Assembly: GCF_002113885.1 (NCBI RefSeq)
Contig: NW_018408307.1
Location: 1-64,000 of the forward strand
DNA: 64,000 bases
From: Mizuhopecten yessoensis
Lineage: Eukaryota
Reading direction: 5' to 3'
Part shown: piece after piece, positions 1 through 12,962 of the stretch
Layout of the letters: each line of letters opens with the position of its first letter
Position numbering within the stretch: the first letter of the stretch is position 1
Program-made: the position numbers and the translations under genes
Notes under the pieces: generated by a model
Told to the model about the DNA's origin: nothing
The model's input: the letters and a program-made list of their open reading frames with translations, nothing else
Database searches by the model: none

Positions 1-2005
1 GCTTTTGGTCCATACAGCTTGTGTAGAAATTATGATGTGAAAAATTTATTCATACAGTATTAATTTAATAAGTTTTCAAATCTGTTTTATTAGACGTAGT
101 AGTTAAATATTCGTAAATACTTTAGTGTTTTATGCTGTAATCGTACAAGTAATTGGATTCAAATCTGTGAACCATAACATAGATATAAAAACATGTTACT
201 ATTAATCTGAAATATAAAAAAAAATAGCCTAATCTTCAGACTTCAGTCTAACTGTTAAAGACTTTTCATTAATTGCTCCTTAGCTGAATTCATTTGAACA
301 CCATCACATAACCTCCCACTAGTATTTTATAACAAATTCTGATAGTTATCTCCCCTATAAATTATTTGGGATAATATTCAAATCAGTTCATACCACAACT
401 AGATTTTTTTCGAATAACTATAAATGAAAATAAGCCNGAACTGTTGTCCAGTTCCTAGTAGCTACTTGGGCAGCACCACACCAGCCTACACTTCTGTGGG
501 TAATTGTTGATCTTTTGGAGACCCTATTCCAGTAGCGGTAGTTTTGTAAATACTTTATACTACAGCCAAATGTCCATTATACATGAGTTTATTTTTGTCC
601 TAATACTACAAGGTAATCTCATTTTATCTAATTTGAGTTTGATAATTAAAATTTTCAAAATCACCAGATATGCCATTCTCTATTTTACTTTTTTTTTAAA
701 AATAAATGACAAGATATAGAAAAGGAGTATATACAGTCTCTAGAACTTTTTCAGTTAGTAAGAATACAGAAACATGATGACCAATCATTGTGTGGGCTAT
801 TCCTGTTAAACATCTAGGCCAGCTCGGAACCTCTCAAGTGTTGTTTAAGGAATGATTTTTATTTTTTCAACATTTATGAGGTCATAACAACAATGGGTTT
901 ATGGACATATTGAATGAATCGCGTTATGCAGGGTCCCCACTGTCCTTTATTGTTCATGTTTACTTTTGAAACAGATCAGATAAACAAAATGGCCGACTGG
1001 TGGCCATCTTTGATTTTTAGCTAAGGCGTTAGCCGCCAGCTATTGGTATTACTNNNNNNNNNNNNNNNNNNNNNNNNNNNNNNNNNNNNNNNNNNNNNNN
1101 NNNNNNNNNNNNNNNNNNNNNNNNNNNNNNNNNNNNNNNNNNNNNNNNNNNNNNNNNNNNNNNNNNNNNNAAACTGTTGTCCAGTTCCTAGAAGCTACTT
1201 GGGCAGCACCACACCAGCCTACACTTCTGTGGGTAATTGTTGATCTTTTGGAGACCCTATTCCAGTAGCGGTAGTTTTGTAAATACTTTATACTACAGCC
1301 AAATGTCCATTATACATGAGTTTATTTTTGTCCTAATACTACAAGGTAATCTCATTTTATCTAATTTGAGTTTGATAATTAAAATTTTCAAAATCACCAG
1401 ATATGCCATTCTCTATTTTACTTTTTTTTTTAAAATAAATGACAAGATATAGAAAAGGAATATATACAGTCTGGAGAACTTTTTCAATTAGTAAGAATAC
1501 AGAAACATGATTGTGTGGGCTATTCCTGTTAAACATCTAGGCCAGCTCGGAACCTCTCAAGTGTTGTTTAGGGGTATAATCAATAAAAACATAATTATAT
1601 TTGATCAAGATCAAAACAAGGGATTTCCATCATGTTCTCGGACAGACGGTCACTTTTATACGTTACCCTTCGCTTCCCTTCTTTAACCAAACTTATTCAT
1701 ACCACTGGGTCAAGTTATTTCTGATTGGTCAGCATTGGTAGAAAGCTGTTTAGTGTTTTTATCTTCCCTTCTCCCTCTCCCATCCCTTAGTAGGGTGTTA
1801 TGTACTTGAAGTAGTGGTGATTGACAGCTCTGTTATTTGGACAAAGCCACACCAAACCCAAGTACACATGATGATGGTCCCACGAGCAATGGTGATTTAC
1901 AGCTCGTGTTATTTGGACCCAGCAACACAAAAGCCCAGAACGGACAGTTAACTGGGTGACTGTTAAGGGCCAAAATGTTGGATTCTTAACTAAAACTAAA
2001 CTTGT

Positions 2006-5000
2006 CAGTAAGTCACATATACCTATACAGTAAGTCGCATATACCTGTACAGTAAGTCACATATACCTGTACAGTAGGTCACATATACCTGTACAGTAAG
2101 TCACATATACCTATACAGTAACTCACATATACCTATACAGTACTGTTATCTCCCCTGATAAGTACGTTACTGTTTTCTCCCCTGACCTGTACGTTTCTGT
2201 TGTCTCCCCTGCCCTGTACGTTACTGTTATCTCCCCTGACAAGTACGTTACTGTTGTCTCCCCTGACCTGTACGTATACAGTAAGTCACATATACCTATA
2301 CAGTAACTCACATATACCTATACAGTACTGTTATTTCCCCTGATCAGTCCGTTCCTGTTGTCTCCCCTGACCTGTACGTTACTGTTATCTCCCCTGACCT
2401 GTTCGTTACTGTTGTCTTTCCTGACCTGTACGTTACTGTTATCTCCCCTGACCTGTACGTTACTGTTGTCTCCCGTGACCGTAAGTCACATATACCTGTA
2501 CAGTAAGTCACATTTACCTATACAGTAAGTCTCATATACCTATACAGTAAGTCGCATATACCTGTACAGTAAGGCACATATACCTATACAGTAAGTCACA
2601 TATACCTGTAGAGTAAGTCACATATACCTATACAGTAAGTCACATGTACCTATACAGTAAGTCACATATACCTATACAGTAACTCACATATACCTATACA
2701 GTACTGTTATCTCCCCTGATAAGTACGTTACTGTTTTCTCCCCTGACCTGTACGTTTCTGTTGTCTCCCCTGCCCTGTACGTTACTGTTATCTCCCCTGA
2801 CAAGTACGTTACTGTTGTCTCCCCTGACCTGTACGTTTCTGTTGTCTCCCCTGCCCTGTACGTTACTGTTATCTCCCCTGACAAGTACGTTACTGTTGTC
2901 TCCCCTGACCTGTACGTATACAGTAAGTCACATATACCTATACAGTAAGTCGCATATACATATACAGTAAGTCACATATACCTGTACAGTAAGTCGCATA
3001 TACCTGTACAGTAAGGCACATATACCTATACAGTAAGTCACATATACCTGTAGAGTAAGTCACATATACCTATACAGTAAGTCACATATACCTGTAGAGT
3101 AAGTCACATATACCTATACAGTAAGTCATATATATACCTGTACAGTAATTCACATATACTTGTACAGTAAGTCACATATACCTATACAGTAAGTCATATA
3201 TATACCTGTACAGTAATTCACATATACTTGTACAGTAAGTCACATATACCTATACAGTAACTCACATATACCTATACAGTACTGTTATCTCCCCTGATAA
3301 GTACGTTACTGTTGTCTCCCCTGACCTGTACGTTTCTGTTGTCTCCCCTGCCCTGTACGTTACTGTTATCTCCCCTGACAAGTACGTTACTGTTATCTCC
3401 CCTGACCTGTACGTTACTGTTATCTCCCCTGACCTGTTCGTTACTGTTGTCTTTCCTGACCTGTACGTTACTGTACCTATACAGTAAGTCGCATATACCT
3501 ATACAGTAAGTAACATCCTATACAGTAAGTCGCATATACCTATACAGTAAGTCACATATACCTATACAGTAACTCACATATACCTATACAGTACTGTTAT
3601 CTCCCCTGATAAGTACGTTACTGTTGTCTCCCCTGACCTGTACGTTTCTGTTGTCTCCCCTGACCTGTACGTTACTGTTATCTCCCCTGACCTATACGTT
3701 ACTGTTATCTCCTCTGACAAGTACGTTTCTGTTGTCTCCCCTGACAAGTACGTTACTGTTGTCTCCCCTGACCTGTACGTTACTGTTATCTCCCGTGACC
3801 TGTACTTTACTGTTGTCTCCCCTGACCTGTACGTTACTGTTTACTCCCCTGACAAGTACGTTACTGTTGTCTCCCCTGACCTATACGTTACTGTTATCTC
3901 CCGTGACCTGTACGTTACTGTTATCTTCCCTGACCTGTATGTTACTGTTGTCTTTCCTGACCTGTACGTTACTGTAATCTCCCTTGACCTGTACGTTACT
4001 GTTATCTCCCCTGACCTGTACGTTACTGTTGTCTCCCCTGACCTGTACGTTACTGTTTACTCCCCTGACAAGTACGTTACTGTTGTCTCCCCTGACCTAT
4101 ACGTTACTGTTATCTCCCGTGACCTGTACGTTACTGTTATCTTCCCTGACCTGTATGTTACTGTTGTCTTTCCTGACCTGTACGTTACTGTAATCTCCCT
4201 TGACCTGTACGTTACTGTTATCTCCCCTGACCTGTTCGTTACTGTTGTCTTTCCTGACCTGTACGTTACTGTAATCTCCCTTGGCCTGTACGTTACTGTT
4301 ATCTCCCCTGACCTGTACGTTACTGTTGTCTCCCGTGACCAGTACGTTACTGTTATCTCCCCTGACCTGTACGTTACTGTTATCTCCCGTGACCTGTACT
4401 TTACTGTTGTCTCCCCTGACCTGTACGTTACTGTTGTCTCCCGTGACCTGTACATTACTGTTCTCTCCCCTGACCTGTTCGTTACTGTTGTCTTTCCTGA
4501 CCTGTACGTTACTGTCACTCCCCTGACCTGTACGTTACTGTAATCTCCCCTGACCTGTACGTTACTGTTGTCTTTCCTGACCTGTACGTTACTGTTGTCT
4601 CCCCTGACAAGTACGTTACTGTTGTCTCCCCTGACCTGTACGTTTCTGTTATCTCCCCTGACCTGTACGTTACTCTTGTCTCCCCTGACCTGTACGTCAC
4701 TGTAATCTCCCCTGACAAGTACGTTACTCTTGTCTCCCCTGACCTGTACGTCACTGTAATCTCCCATGACAAGTACGTTACTGTTATCTCCCGTGACCTG
4801 TACGTTACTGTAATCTCCCCTGACCTGTACGTTACTGATGTCTTTCCTGACCTGTACGTTACTGTCACTCCCCTGACCTGTACGTTACTGATGTCTTTCC
4901 TGACCTGTACGTTACTGTTTTCTTTCCTGACCTGTACGTTACTGTTGTCTCCCGTGACCTGTACATTACTGTTCTCTCCCCTGACCTGTACGTTACTGTT

Positions 5001-6378
5001 GTCTCCCCTGACCTGTACGTCACTGTAATCTCCCCTGACAAGTACGTTACTGTTATCTCCCCTGACCTGTACGTTACTGTTATCTCCCCTGACCTATACG
5101 TTACTGTTATCTCCCGTGACCTGTACTTTACTGTTGTCTCCCCTGACCTGTACGTTACTGTTGTCTCCCTTGACCTGTATGTTACTGTTATCTCCCCTGA
5201 CAAGTATGTTATTGTTGTCTCCCCTGACCTGTACGTTACTGTTGTCTCCCCTGACCTGTACGTCACTGTCATCTCCCCTGACAAGTACGTTACTGTTATC
5301 TCCCGTTATCTCCCCTGACAAGTACGTTACTGTTGTCTCCCCTGACCTATACGTTACTGTTATCTCCTCTGACAAGTACGTTTCTGTTGTCTCCCCTGAC
5401 AAGTACGTTACTCTTGTCTCCCCTGACAAGTATGTTACTGTTATCTCCCCTGACCTGTACGTTAATGTTGTCTTTCCTGACCTGTACGTTACTGTTATCT
5501 CCCCTGAACTGTACGTTACTGTTATCTCCCCTGACCTATACGTTACTGTTATCTCCTCTGACAAGTACGTTTCTGTTGTCTCCCCTGACAAGTACGTTAC
5601 TGTTATCTCCACATATGTTACTGTTATCTCCCTTGGCCTATACGTTACTGTTGTCTCCCCTGACAAGTACATTACTGTTGTCTCCCCTGACAAGTACGTT
5701 ACTCTTGTCTCCCCTGACAAGTATGTTACTGTTATCTCCCCTGACCTGTACGTTACTCTTGTCTCCCCTGACCTGTACGTCACTGTTATCTCCCCTGACC
5801 TATACGTTACTGTTATCTCCCGTGACCTGTACGTTACTGTAATCTCCCCTGCCCTATACATTACTGTTATCTCCCCTGACAATTACGTTACTGTTATCTC
5901 CCCTGACAAGTATGTTATTGTTGTCTCCCCTGACCTGTACGTTACTGTTTACTCCCCTGACAAGTACGTTACTGTTGTCTCCCCTGACCTGTACGTCACT
6001 GTTATCTCCCCTGACCTATACGTTACTGTTATCTCCTCTGACAAGTACGTTTCTGTTGTCTCCCCTGACAAGTACGTTACTCTTGTCTCCCCTGACAAGT
6101 ATGTTACTGTTATCTCCCCTGACCTGTACGTTAATGTTGTCTTTCCTGACCTGTACGTTACTGTTATCTCCCCTGACCTATACGTTACTGTTATCTCCTC
6201 TGACAAGTACGTTTCTGTTGTCTCCCCTGACAAGTACGTTACTGTTGTCTCCCATGACCTGTACGTTACTGTTATCTCCCGTGACCTGTACGTTACTGTA
6301 ATCTCCCCTGACCTATACATTACTGTTATCTCCCCTGACAAGTACGTTACTGTTATCTCCCCTGACAAGTACGTTAAT
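2006..6378. repeat. Composite minisatellite: 22-bp unit (cagtaagtcacatatacctata) blocks interleaved with a 27-bp unit (ctgttatctcccctgacctgtacgtta); 27-mer only after ~3590
   Basis: Directly visible periodicity; explains all repetitive ORFs at 2.1-6.4 kb. Confidence 0.97.
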
Positions 6379-7499
6379 GTTAACGATATTCATTAAATCA
6401 GGTAGATTTTTATTAGGAATCTTTTTAGCCCTAATAACATTTCCATTCATTTACATATAGCCAATATCTATTTCCGTTTTCCAATTCAGGATACATTGTG
6501 GCAATTGAGAACTGTCTTAATAATGACTATAGAATGACTTTGCAAAGCACTGAGCCTGTGATTATATAAAGGTCATGACCTGTAATTTAACCAAAGAAAT
6601 GTTATCTACCTGAGGGGAGTGAGGTACCTGTAGATGATATAGATCTTAATTATCAGGAATGAGGATCCAGATCTTAAATGACTAGCTTCATGTAGTTACA
6701 GCACCCTGTGTTGTGTTTCCAATGAAGATTAGTTCCCGTTTGTTTGGCATTTACTATCACAGAAAGAATTATGCAAAAGAATTAAATATTCCTTTCTTCT
6801 CTCTCAAATCATCTCTGCTATGGGTGTTTTCTCCAAGCCATGCATTGTGTAGGAGGGAGCCACTTTCACCCACTATGCTACCAGAAATTGTATTTGTGTT
6901 GTTATTCTTGTCTGTAATATTACAGGGAATAGCAAATACTAAAAGGAGAGAAGCAACTCCTGAATCAGGGTTTCCATAACTATATTCGGCCTGCTAGGGA
7001 GTTAACTCATAAACAAAAATCACTGGTATAATGTGAAGGTAGCATACATCCTTAAAACGCTTTTAATTGAGATTTAAAAAAAATATATTTTTTTTCATGT
7101 TTTGATATCTTCCCTTTCTCTTCCGACTATCGTTTGTAGGGAAGTACCAACATTTTAGTTTGCCCTTGCTTGGTAACGAGTATGGGTCTCACTGGATCGT
7201 TCCGTGTACCACAGCTGCTGCGACAGCCTATCCTCATCTGAGGAGCTGTGTGACCTGGATGGGCCTAGGACATTTCGAATCTCAGAGGGCCTGGTAAGTG
7301 GCAACTTACCCCCTCACGTTGACCGAACACCGACTTCGTCAGTGAGTGTAGACGATAAACCGGTTACCATTCTACAACTGACCGTCTTGCAATTCAATGC
7401 ACTGCACCACAGGGACCTGATAATGTGTTACAGCTATATTTGGACCTAGCTAGGGAACTGTTGCCCAAGGCCGAAGGTTTCCAGGACTAATCTCAGGGA

Positions 7500-8850
7500 T
7501 TCTTATCATATTTTGCATACATAAACAGTACGATGTGTAGTTGTGTATACAACTCTTTTTTTTCCGTGTCAATCAACCAAGATGGCCGCCTCTGCTCTGA
7601 TTGGCTGAAATCATATCCATGCAGTAGTAACATTCGTTCTATTTGACGGAACATAATGAAACTTGTTGAAAGGAACGATAACGTCACAGCGCTTGTTTTC
7701 AATATTTTTTTAATTTCACTTTGGATTCAAAATGGCACCCAAATGCAGGCTTTGGATTGGTGGAATTTTAATATCGTCCAATTTCAATGAAATTTGGTAT
7801 GTTGGTGCAGTATGCCACTATGAACAAAACTGTGGTGTTTGTATTGTGAAAAAACAAAATGGCTGCCATTTCCTGGCATCTGATTGGTCAAAATTTTAAT
7901 GTCGAAATCATATCGCCAGTAATATCATTCGTTCTAATTGATGGAACATAATGAAATTCGGTGAAAGGGATGATAACATATCACAGGGCTTGTTTTCGAT
8001 AAAAAAATATTTCACTTTTGATTCAAAACGGCTTGCCAAATGCAGGCTTCTGATTGGTCGAAATATAAATATCGTCCAATTTTCATGAAACTTGGTATGT
8101 AGGTGAAGTATGGCACTACGAACACATATGCGATGCTCGTTTTGTAAAATAAAAATGGTTGCCATTTCCTGGCCTCTGATTGGTCAAAATTTAAATATTG
8201 TCTGATTTTCATGAAATTTGGTATTTAGGTATATCATAGGTCACTGGTCACTTTCGAAACATGAGTTTTGAAATATTATTAAGTGGTGGCCAAATTCAGG
8301 CTCCTGATTGGTCGAAATTTAAATATCGTCAAATTTTTATGAAATTTGGTATGTAGGTGAAGTATGGCACTTCTAACACAATTGCAGTGTTCGTTGTCTG
8401 AAAAAACAAAATGGCTGGGTATTTAGCAGTGGAGGGTTGACTTCCGCTATTGCTCGCAATTGCAATTCTAGTTATTCTTCTTCTGGGTCCACCGTAAAAG
8501 GTTTCTGACACATTTCTCAAAAACTAAAGGATGAAACTACAAGAAACTTTACAGAAGTGTTCATCAGGGGGTGTGCAAATGACCTTTCATTTTCTGATCG
8601 GTCAACAAAGATGGCCGCCACGGCCTCGGATTGATCAAAACTTAGATATTGTTTGATTTTGATGAAAATTGGTGTATAGGGGTATTAGGGGACTGCAAAT
8701 TCAATCACATACGTTTCTTTGCCATAGCAACCACACAGAGGCTTCTGATTGGTCGCAATTACATGCGATCCTTTTCTGATGCATCTTTGCGACTATGGGG
8801 GCAGTTTGTGGGCCATCTGTAATGGTCCCCCGTTACGATTAGTACTTGTT
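7500..8850. mobile_element. Decayed non-autonomous interspersed repeat(s) with internal subrepeats (aaaatggccgcc / tctgattggtc / atgaaatttggtat motifs), possibly Helentron-derived
   Basis: The same motif set recurs several times at ~130-170 bp spacing; a related fragment lies at ~850-1050. Family assignment is inference. Confidence 0.55.
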
Positions 8851-10924
8851 ATTATTATCCTGCATCTCAACTGACTGTCTTGTGTTCTGTTTTCCTAAAA
8901 TGTTAAATAACTCTGGAAATATTGCAACATCAAGAAAGCATGTGTCTGGAGTACTTTCAGTACTTTAATAGGGGAGATAACTTGCAGTGTTCTTCAAAAG
9001 TAAAGTAACTTTCACAGGAACAAGATGGTTACACAAATTAACCCTCGTGATGAATGATAATTTCAGCACCCTACTTTCAGAAATTCTTGTTCTGTCAACG
9101 ATACCAAATCAACAAAGCAAGAAAAACTAAACAAACAACAAAATCCAGATATCAGTTTAGAAAATGTATCTATTTTCTTGTTTTACAAATATCATATTGG
9201 CATCACCAAATATTGATGATGTACGTAATACACAAATAACAGTGATGAATCGTTGTAGAGAAGTATCATATAAAAGTAGTCCAGTACACGACTGCTGACA
9301 CCTAACACATTAACACAAATATCTCGTACAGTACCATATGGCTGTCATTGTCAAGTAAAAGTTATCTGTAGGAGCACCATTACATCAATTTCCAACATTT
9401 GTCCAGTTTCTGAACTTCAGGGACTGTGTTTAAGACACGAGTCTTAACTTGATTGTTATTGGAGATTTCTCAACTATATATAAAACTTTGTGGTCCGTTA
9501 GCACCCAGAGTATATAGATAGGTCAATCATTCAAGGTGAAACAAATAAGGTGCTAATGAAGGAATGTTTCCCATTGAACAACCACACTTCCTTTAGAGCT
9601 CCCACAAAATGTTAGTTAACTGTTTTCAATGGATCAACAGCATTCTATGCAGCAGCTATTGATTGAAACATAACTGTATGTAATCCCAGGTATTTTAAGA
9701 ATTTTGTAAATATTTAGTAAGTTCAATGGTAGACCATTAGGATCAAAGATAAGTTTTGTCTAGTTTTACTGACAATTCTGTTACAAGCAAGATAATACAT
9801 GCATCTTCACAAATGATTCTAGTAAATATACATATAACTGGGTAATGCTGCTTGAATTTATTTTGTTGTATCAAGTTAAAATTCTGTCAATATTTTTTTC
9901 TGGATAATATGTATTTGTTTTACCGAGATTCAGAATATAATTGAATATATATATATATTGTAATATATTAAAATAAACCTTGACTTTCTTTCAAACGAAA
10001 AAAAATCTACATAACTTTAGCACAACACTAATGAGGGTCTTGATCAATCAACAGATAAAATGATACAATACGGATCTATCTGACATAAGAAAGTACTAAG
10101 AGATTTCAATACAAGTGGAATGAATATAAATGAGATAATTATTGGTATGGATTTGATATATACAATATTTACAGTATGAGGAAGATATTGCACTATTATC
10201 TGACATGCAGGCATTCTGAAGCTAACTTTCACCATCATACACACTTTCATAATTGTCCCTCGCTTCTAATAATTTAACGTAAACAAATAAATACCTACAA
10301 GTCACATTCATCATCTCTCTTGAAACATGTCGAAAGTTTTCGAAAATGATGAAAGCAGATCTTTGATGCAATCTCATTATTGGTCAACTTCTTCCAGAAA
10401 TGATCTCAATCCAACATTGCCCAAACTTCTATGGCTTTAAAGGTAAATCATCTCATTTATATATTTATGTATGTATCTCCCTTTTTTCAATTTTACAATT
10501 CAGAACTTCTCGGGAGGTAGAGTTAAAATAGGAATGAAAAATAAGGAAATAATAATATCTAAAAATAGCAGTTAATCTACTGAGTAGCTGCAGATTTTTC
10601 CGAGAACTTTTTCTAAAGATAAATATTACAGAACTATGCTATAAGTTAGTCTGATATAATTTTTTATGACAAATGAAATGTTCATGTTGATTTTTTTCTT
10701 TTTTTAAAAATTTTGTATAAATTTTGCAATATCATGTCTTATTGATGAAATAAATCCTTTTCATTGTTGAGAAGCATTATGGCCTATTTGGAGTATCATT
10801 TTAAAAGTTTGCCTGATGAGCTGAAATCTGCACCTTGTAAAGATCTGCTTTCAGTAAGCCCTATTATCAATTCCATCTATAGCACTTGGTGAATATATTG
10901 CATTTGTCGGAGGTTTTCTTGGTC

Positions 10925-10969
10925 TCAGCTGTCGGATTCTCCAGCTTGTGGTATCACACGAGGATATAA
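10925..10969 (-). CDS. ASPP: ASPP terminal coding exon LYPRVIPQAGESDS*
   Basis: Acceptor ttcttttgcag|TTA. Completes the conserved NLLG|LYPR motif. TGA at 10925-10927. Confidence 0.92.
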   Translation of the reverse strand, partial: LYPRVIPQAGESDS

Positions 10970-11062
10970 CTGCAAAAGAACAAACACATATTAACTACTG
11001 CAACCTGTAAGATTGTAAGTTCAAAGAATTGGATAGCGAAACCTGGCTGTATAGCACAAGAG

Positions 11063-11598
11063 AACAAGAGTACCGTGGGGCGGAACAATATACGCCCTTC
11101 GAATGCCATATAGTGTTACATACTTTCTTACATTGAAATAAGATATGCATCATTCTATGAGTGGTTACCCCTCATGCTATAAAAATGTAGAAGAAAATCT
11201 GCGGACAAAAAATCAAATACTGAAATGAACAAAGGGCAATCACTTTTGCAAAAATCGTTCAATCTAAATTCTTTTAAGCATGACACAACTTCATATCATG
11301 ATTATAATGTATACAAAGTTTCAAAGAGATACGTTGAAAAATGCAGGAGGAGATTGCCGGACAAAAATCAAATATTGAAATAAACAAAGGGCAATAACTT
11401 TTGAAAACATTGTTGAATCAAAATTCTTTTAAGGGAGACACAACTTCATTTTATGATTATAATGTATACCAAGTTTCAAAGAGATTGGTCGAAAAATGTA
11501 GGAAGAGATTGCCGGACAAACAAAAGTTTACATCGGGCGGAAGGACGGACAACCCCATACCATAATACTTCCGTCAAATTTGACGGGCGTATAAAAAA
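11063..11598. mobile_element. Helentron-associated (HINE/DINE-1-like) non-autonomous element in the last ASPP intron
   Basis: AACAAGAG start, subterminal inverted repeat tatacgccc (11089) / gggcgtata (11585), 16-bp palindrome ccgtcaaatttgacgg (11571), short ggac microsatellite, two ~156-bp internal units, ends in an A run. Confidence 0.75.
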
Positions 11599-11671
11599 GC
11601 CAGGGCCCCACAAGGGATATTCACTGTGTATTAACCATAATATTAGAGGGAATACACTTCCTATACATTGA

Positions 11672-12512
11672 CAGTAAAACCCTGTTTACTCAAACTCTTA
11701 GGGTCCAGATCAATAGTTCGAAGAATACATGGTATTCGACGAATTTGAGGTTCGACCGTCAAAAGCCAGTACCAAAGGTGTTTGAAATTAATCAAGTTTA
11801 ATCAAGATGACAGCATTTAATAAGATTTAAAATAGCTAAACAATAAAAACAAATAGCCACTGGTATTAAGAAAGTGAATAAAAAGCTGAATGTATAACGT
11901 ACTTGTCGTTTTGACATAGTCTGCCATACTGTAATCGGCTACGATAATTTTACGAAATATCAAAACAAGAGGAACTCTTCGATCATTTAAAAATGAAGAA
12001 AATCTTGAATCCTTGTAATCATGATGTTGATTGATAACTAAATGAACCTGCTTAATATTGTCATGACACAATATGGTTTTACACACCAAGTGAATTGACT
12101 GGAAAAAATAAATATGCACACAAAATGATAATGCAGCTACAACAGGGTAACGGTACAGTTCCTTAATGATACTGCCGTTAATCCTCTAATTAGCTGACGT
12201 CCAGCTGACACCTCTATAAGCGCAATGAGCGTGGACCGCAGCCTGTGCCTCGAGACATATCCACGCCAGTACCTGTGTTACGCAGGTAAAATTTTTGTTG
12301 GGCATGATAGGTGATCACACCTGTTCGACGGATACCAGGTAGGTAGGATAAATACTATGACAATGAAGATTCGGGGACAAATTTTTGCTGGAGGAATACG
12401 GGGTATTTGAGGAATAACTGTTCAACTTACGAACTTGGTTGGGACCAAACGAACTATTTGATGAATGAGGGGTATTTGAGCAAACCCAGTTCGAAGAAGT
12501 GGGGTTTTATTG
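11672..12512. mobile_element. Tc1/mariner-type MITE (degenerate TIRs)
   Basis: Left end cagtaaaaccc, right end ggggttttattg followed by ta; subterminal ttcga-type motifs at both ends. Confidence 0.6.
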
Positions 12513-12591
12513 TATCTTACAGTAAACATGTCTTGTTCCTAAAGGATCATTACATCTGAATTTAACCCAGGCAGAGATGTAATATACTCAC

Positions 12592-12791
12592 CCCCAGTAA
12601 GTTCCTTGGTATGTAGCCATCTTTTTTGTCCATTTTGGACCACCACCATTCCTTTTCCTTCTCGTCTCCCTTTCTTAGGATCATTATTTTGTCCCCGATG
12701 GTGAAACTCAGCTCATCGCTGTTCATCGCCTCGTAATCAAACACTGCCCAGGTTGCTCCATTGTTCATGATCCCAAGTTTCTCCTGAATAC
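12592..12791 (-). CDS. ASPP: ASPP SH3 exon (IQEKLGIMNNG...ELSF...EWWW...GYIPRNLLG)
   Basis: Acceptor tgtacag|GT, donor GGG|gtgagt, SH3 signature. Confidence 0.96.
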
Positions 12792-12962
12792 CTGTACACA
12801 AAGGGTAACAAAACGTAAAATCATATAAATAGGTTTCCCATGGTTAATACATGTATGAAGAAAAGCACTGTCAATAGTGGTAAGTTATGACAAGTTAAAA
12901 GTCATTTATCAGTACAAAACAAAAATCACTGAAATAATTCGTAGGAAACATAGAAACCAAGA

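Noticed and set aside
438-1570. Near-identical ~400-bp duplication with twin 71-aa ORFs
   Set aside because: Both copies start immediately after Ns and differ by a few SNPs/indels; most likely allelic contig overlap, and the ORFs look non-coding.
2123-6396. Many long repetitive ORFs on both strands
   Set aside because: By-products of a 27-bp (multiple of 3) minisatellite; no unique domain or splice structure.
10805-10835. CTGATGA...GAAA resembling a hammerhead ribozyme core
   Set aside because: Only 3 nt between the core motifs, so stem II cannot form, and no flanking stems were seen.
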